A DNA stretch of 64,000 nt, taken from an uncultured Candidatus Saccharibacteria bacterium (lineage in GTDB: Bacteria > Patescibacteriota > Saccharimonadia > Saccharimonadales > CAZVRA01). Shown in pieces: positions 61,458 through 64,000 of the stretch (position 1 is its first letter; every line of letters begins with the position of its first letter). The stretch spans positions 91,569 through 155,568 of the forward strand of contig CAZVRA010000001.1 in NCBI GenBank assembly GCA_964630055.1, written 5' to 3'. Under the pieces are notes generated by a model. The model saw only the letters and a program-made list of their open reading frames with translations, searched no databases and was not told the DNA's origin. The position numbers and the translations under genes were made by a program.

Positions 61458-62948
61458 ATGGAACACATTGGTCTTATTTTGAAACGACGCGGACGTCAGC
61501 TCAAATTGTTGGCATTACTTATGCCAACAATATTTTGGAACATTGCTTACGCTAGAACGGTCGTTGCCGAGTCGCCACCGTTAATAATTACTGAGCTACA
61601 AACCGGCACTACCGATAGTGCCACTCAAGAATTTATAGAAATTTATAACTGCTCTGGTAATGATGTGAATCTGTCTAATTGGTTTATACAATATTTCTCA
61701 TCTTCGGCCATAAATCTTGACAAACCGAGCCGCACCATACCGCTTAGTGGCAAATTGCCAGCAGGCACGCATCACCTGGTAGCAAGCAGCAATTACTTAC
61801 AAGACAAGGCTAACGACAGCTTTGCGGCTACTCTTGCCGGAGCCGGTGGGCATGTTCGGCTGGCATTTGTGAATAATGGCACAACCGAAGGTCTGGAGCT
61901 GCTAACTTGGGGAACTACAAAAGCAATGAACTCTAGCGCATTGACGGCCCCACCTGCCGGACAGAGTATTGCTCGTCGTCAAAATTCTGCTTCTGGGCAA
62001 ACTGTTGAATATGCTGTAACTGGCAAGAACGACGCCGATTTTGAATTAAGCACACCTTCACCAGAGGGGCATATTAAGACTCCAGAATTGTCAGACACAA
62101 GCGACGAGGCCGAAGGACCAGCCACAATGCCAGCAACAGACCCAATTGCTGGCTCAGGTGAATCGCCAGTTTCGGACCAGCCTACAAGTACCTCGCCGCC
62201 AGAATATATAAGCTTTCCACAAATTCAGATTACAGAATTACTGCCTAATCCCGCAGCACCACAGACCGATAGCAACGATGAATTCCTAGAGCTTTATAAT
62301 CCAACAGATCAGATTGTGGATTTATCCGGTTGGAAATTACGCTCAGGCTCTACTCTAAGTCATAACTTTACAATAGGTCAGCAGGCTATTGGGCCCCATA
62401 GCTACTTAGCTCTTTATTCATCGCAAACTAAACTTAGCCTAGCCAACAGTGGAGGACGAGCCCAGTTGTTAAATCCCAATGGAGAGGTTTCCGCTGACAC
62501 CATGTCTTATGGGACAGCTCAGCCTGGTCAGTCATGGGCTTGGGACGGAGCAACTTGGGTATGGACAACAGAACCCACTCCCAATGCGGCCAATACAATA
62601 GTCGATCCTGCTAAACCTAAACAGTTGCCAAGTTCGGGCCTGAGTAAAACTACTGCCGCCAAAGCAGTTGCCGGTACTAAAATTACCAAAGCTGCATCTG
62701 CTGGAGTATCTAAAGCGGCTAAAGCCACAACAACCAAAACCGGTACTGCTAAAAAACCGTCTGGCAGCAATAAACCTAACGGTACTGCAGATAGTGGCCA
62801 TGGCAGCTTGCATCCGGCAATCCTTGCAGCGGTGGGAGGTGGTGCGGTAATATACGGAGCATATGAGTACCGACAAGACTTGGCAAATTTGTACCGCAAG
62901 CTCCGCCGACACCGAGGCGTTAGCGCGCCGGGTGGGGCAGCGGCTTAG
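61458..62948 (+). CDS. lamin-tail-domain (LTD) surface protein with C-terminal TM anchor
   Basis: Two LTD signatures, IITELQTG...EFIEIYN...NLSNW and ITELLPNP...EFLELYNPTDQIVDLSGWKL. SD AAAGGAGGG. C-terminal TM ILAAVGGGAVIYGAY. Confidence 0.75.
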   Translation: MEHIGLILKRRGRQLKLLALLMPTIFWNIAYARTVVAESPPLIITELQTGTTDSATQEFIEIYNCSGNDVNLSNWFIQYFSSSAINLDKPSRTIPLSGKLPAGTHHLVASSNYLQDKANDSFAATLAGAGGHVRLAFVNNGTTEGLELLTWGTTKAMNSSALTAPPAGQSIARRQNSASGQTVEYAVTGKNDADFELSTPSPEGHIKTPELSDTSDEAEGPATMPATDPIAGSGESPVSDQPTSTSPPEYISFPQIQITELLPNPAAPQTDSNDEFLELYNPTDQIVDLSGWKLRSGSTLSHNFTIGQQAIGPHSYLALYSSQTKLSLANSGGRAQLLNPNGEVSADTMSYGTAQPGQSWAWDGATWVWTTEPTPNAANTIVDPAKPKQLPSSGLSKTTAAKAVAGTKITKAASAGVSKAAKATTTKTGTAKKPSGSNKPNGTADSGHGSLHPAILAAVGGGAVIYGAYEYRQDLANLYRKLRRHRGVSAPGGAAA

Positions 62949-63333
62949 TGGTGGCGAAGTCATAGAGCTATCTAGCGATCTTGGAGGAGGTAAAACTACT
63001 TTTGTTAAGGGTTTGGCTGAAGGCATGGGTAGCAAAGATCACATTTCTAGCCCAACATTTACAATTTGCAATGTATATAATGGCCGCAATAATCTTAAGC
63101 TTTGGCATTACGATTTTTATCGTTTGCCCGAACCGGGATTAATGGAGCATGAATTGGCAGAAGCATTGTCTGACAAAAAATCTATCATTGTGGTCGAGTG
63201 GGCACAGATAGTACGCGGCGTACTGCCGCTGGAAAGGTTAACTGTACGCATTCGACCAACAGGAGAAGATTCTCGGCTGATAGATTTTACTTGTCCACCA
63301 TCTTTGGCATATTTGTTAGGTGGCATAAAATGA
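62863..63333 (+). CDS. tsaE: tRNA t6A biosynthesis ATPase TsaE
   Basis: GEVIELSSDLGGGKTTFVKGL, SPTFTI, HYDFYRL. Start overlaps the LTD gene by 86 nt in another frame. Confidence 0.9.
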   Translation: MSTDKTWQICTASSADTEALARRVGQRLSGGEVIELSSDLGGGKTTFVKGLAEGMGSKDHISSPTFTICNVYNGRNNLKLWHYDFYRLPEPGLMEHELAEALSDKKSIIVVEWAQIVRGVLPLERLTVRIRPTGEDSRLIDFTCPPSLAYLLGGIK

Positions 63334-63770
63334 AATCAGATAAAACAAAGCTTGCCAATTCAAAGCATAATTTTATTTTGGCTATTCGTACCGACAGCCC
63401 AACGGCCGAGATTGGTCTATTGCTCGATTACCCCAGTCACCAAATAGCTCACTACACTTGGGAGGCGAATCGCTTACTGGCCGAGACAATCCATGACAAA
63501 ATTACAGAGATGCTGGGCAAGAATAACGTCGAGTGGTCACAAATAATAGGCTTAATAGCTTACCAGGGGCCAGGCAGCTTTACTGGGTTGCGCATAGGCA
63601 TTAGCGTGGCGAATGCTCTAGCCTACAGCCTAAAAATCCCAATAGTAGGAGTCCAAAAAAACCATAACTGGTTGATCGAAGGTTGTGAATTGCTGGGTGA
63701 GAACAAAAATCATTATCCGCTAGTTCCTAGCTACGGGGCGCCGGCTTTTGTTACGCAACCCAGAAAGTAG
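63330..63770 (+). CDS. tsaB: tRNA t6A biosynthesis protein TsaB (short, 146 aa)
   Basis: ILAIRTDSPTAEIGL and GPGSFTGLRIGISVANALAY. ATGA overlap with tsaE. The ORF-track start 63198 lies inside tsaE. Confidence 0.8.
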   Translation: MKSDKTKLANSKHNFILAIRTDSPTAEIGLLLDYPSHQIAHYTWEANRLLAETIHDKITEMLGKNNVEWSQIIGLIAYQGPGSFTGLRIGISVANALAYSLKIPIVGVQKNHNWLIEGCELLGENKNHYPLVPSYGAPAFVTQPRK

Positions 63771-64000
63771 TTTGTGCTTCCGGTTGTTTAGTCCTTGTCC
63801 AATAGTCTATTTAACGGTATTATATATCTTAGGATACTCGTGTTTTTGGGACGTTATCCTGGCTTGAAATATTTGATTATCAGACCGTTTTGGCCAGCTA
63901 ATGATGTGATAGTGATGCTGTTTACCTCGGGCGGACTGAGTAAAAGGAGACAAACATGGAACCAATAACAATTGCATTGGCTATTGCTGGTATTATCGCT

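Noticed and set aside
1-64000. Search for CRISPR arrays, DGR template/variable repeat pairs, IS elements, integrases and rRNA
   Set aside because: I saw no regularly spaced direct repeats, no reverse transcriptase, transposase or integrase-like ORFs, and no rRNA-like conserved stretches. The only repeats are the short ones listed.

Overview
Dense chromosomal window with about 65 protein genes and 3 tRNAs. I saw no rRNA, CRISPR array, transposase, integrase or reverse transcriptase. Housekeeping genes: ftsH 3' end, murJ, lepA, hrcA-grpE-dnaK, dnaJ, comEC, yebC-ruvC-ruvA, ruvB, murB, glyA, murA, folA, recA-recX, tsaE-tsaB. These are interleaved with cell-surface loci. (i) 10.2-16.2 kb: two very large surface proteins with sortase-type C-terminal signals plus a sortase. 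(ii) 26.7-31.8 kb: a tiny LPNTG peptide, a second sortase translationally coupled to a processive GT2 synthase, and a divergent CBM-deacetylase. (iii) 46.8-57.9 kb: a complete secretin-less type IV pilus cluster (pilin-like, pilB, pilC, pilA, two minor pilins, a 767-aa PilX-like protein, pilMNO). The gene repertoire (sortases, monoderm-style T4P, shortened HrcA and TsaB, many short translationally coupled orphan genes) suggests a reduced-genome monoderm, possibly Patescibacteria/CPR (Saccharibacteria-like). That is inference only. Most interesting items, all resting on motifs read by eye: the mini-LPNTG/sortase/GT2/deacetylase module; a G11 tract inside a promoter-like -35/-10 spacer between the two big surface-protein genes; an XRE-HTH fused to MurA; three CIRCE operators, one in front of an NYN-RNase gene coupled to dnaJ, plus an orphan gene inside hrcA-grpE; a structured ~150-nt leader before a lipoprotein transglycosylase; two long GC-rich extended hairpins at gene 3' ends; and pervasive TGnTATAAT promoters 6-9 nt from ATG (leaderless genes). 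No homology search or RNA-family search could be run.
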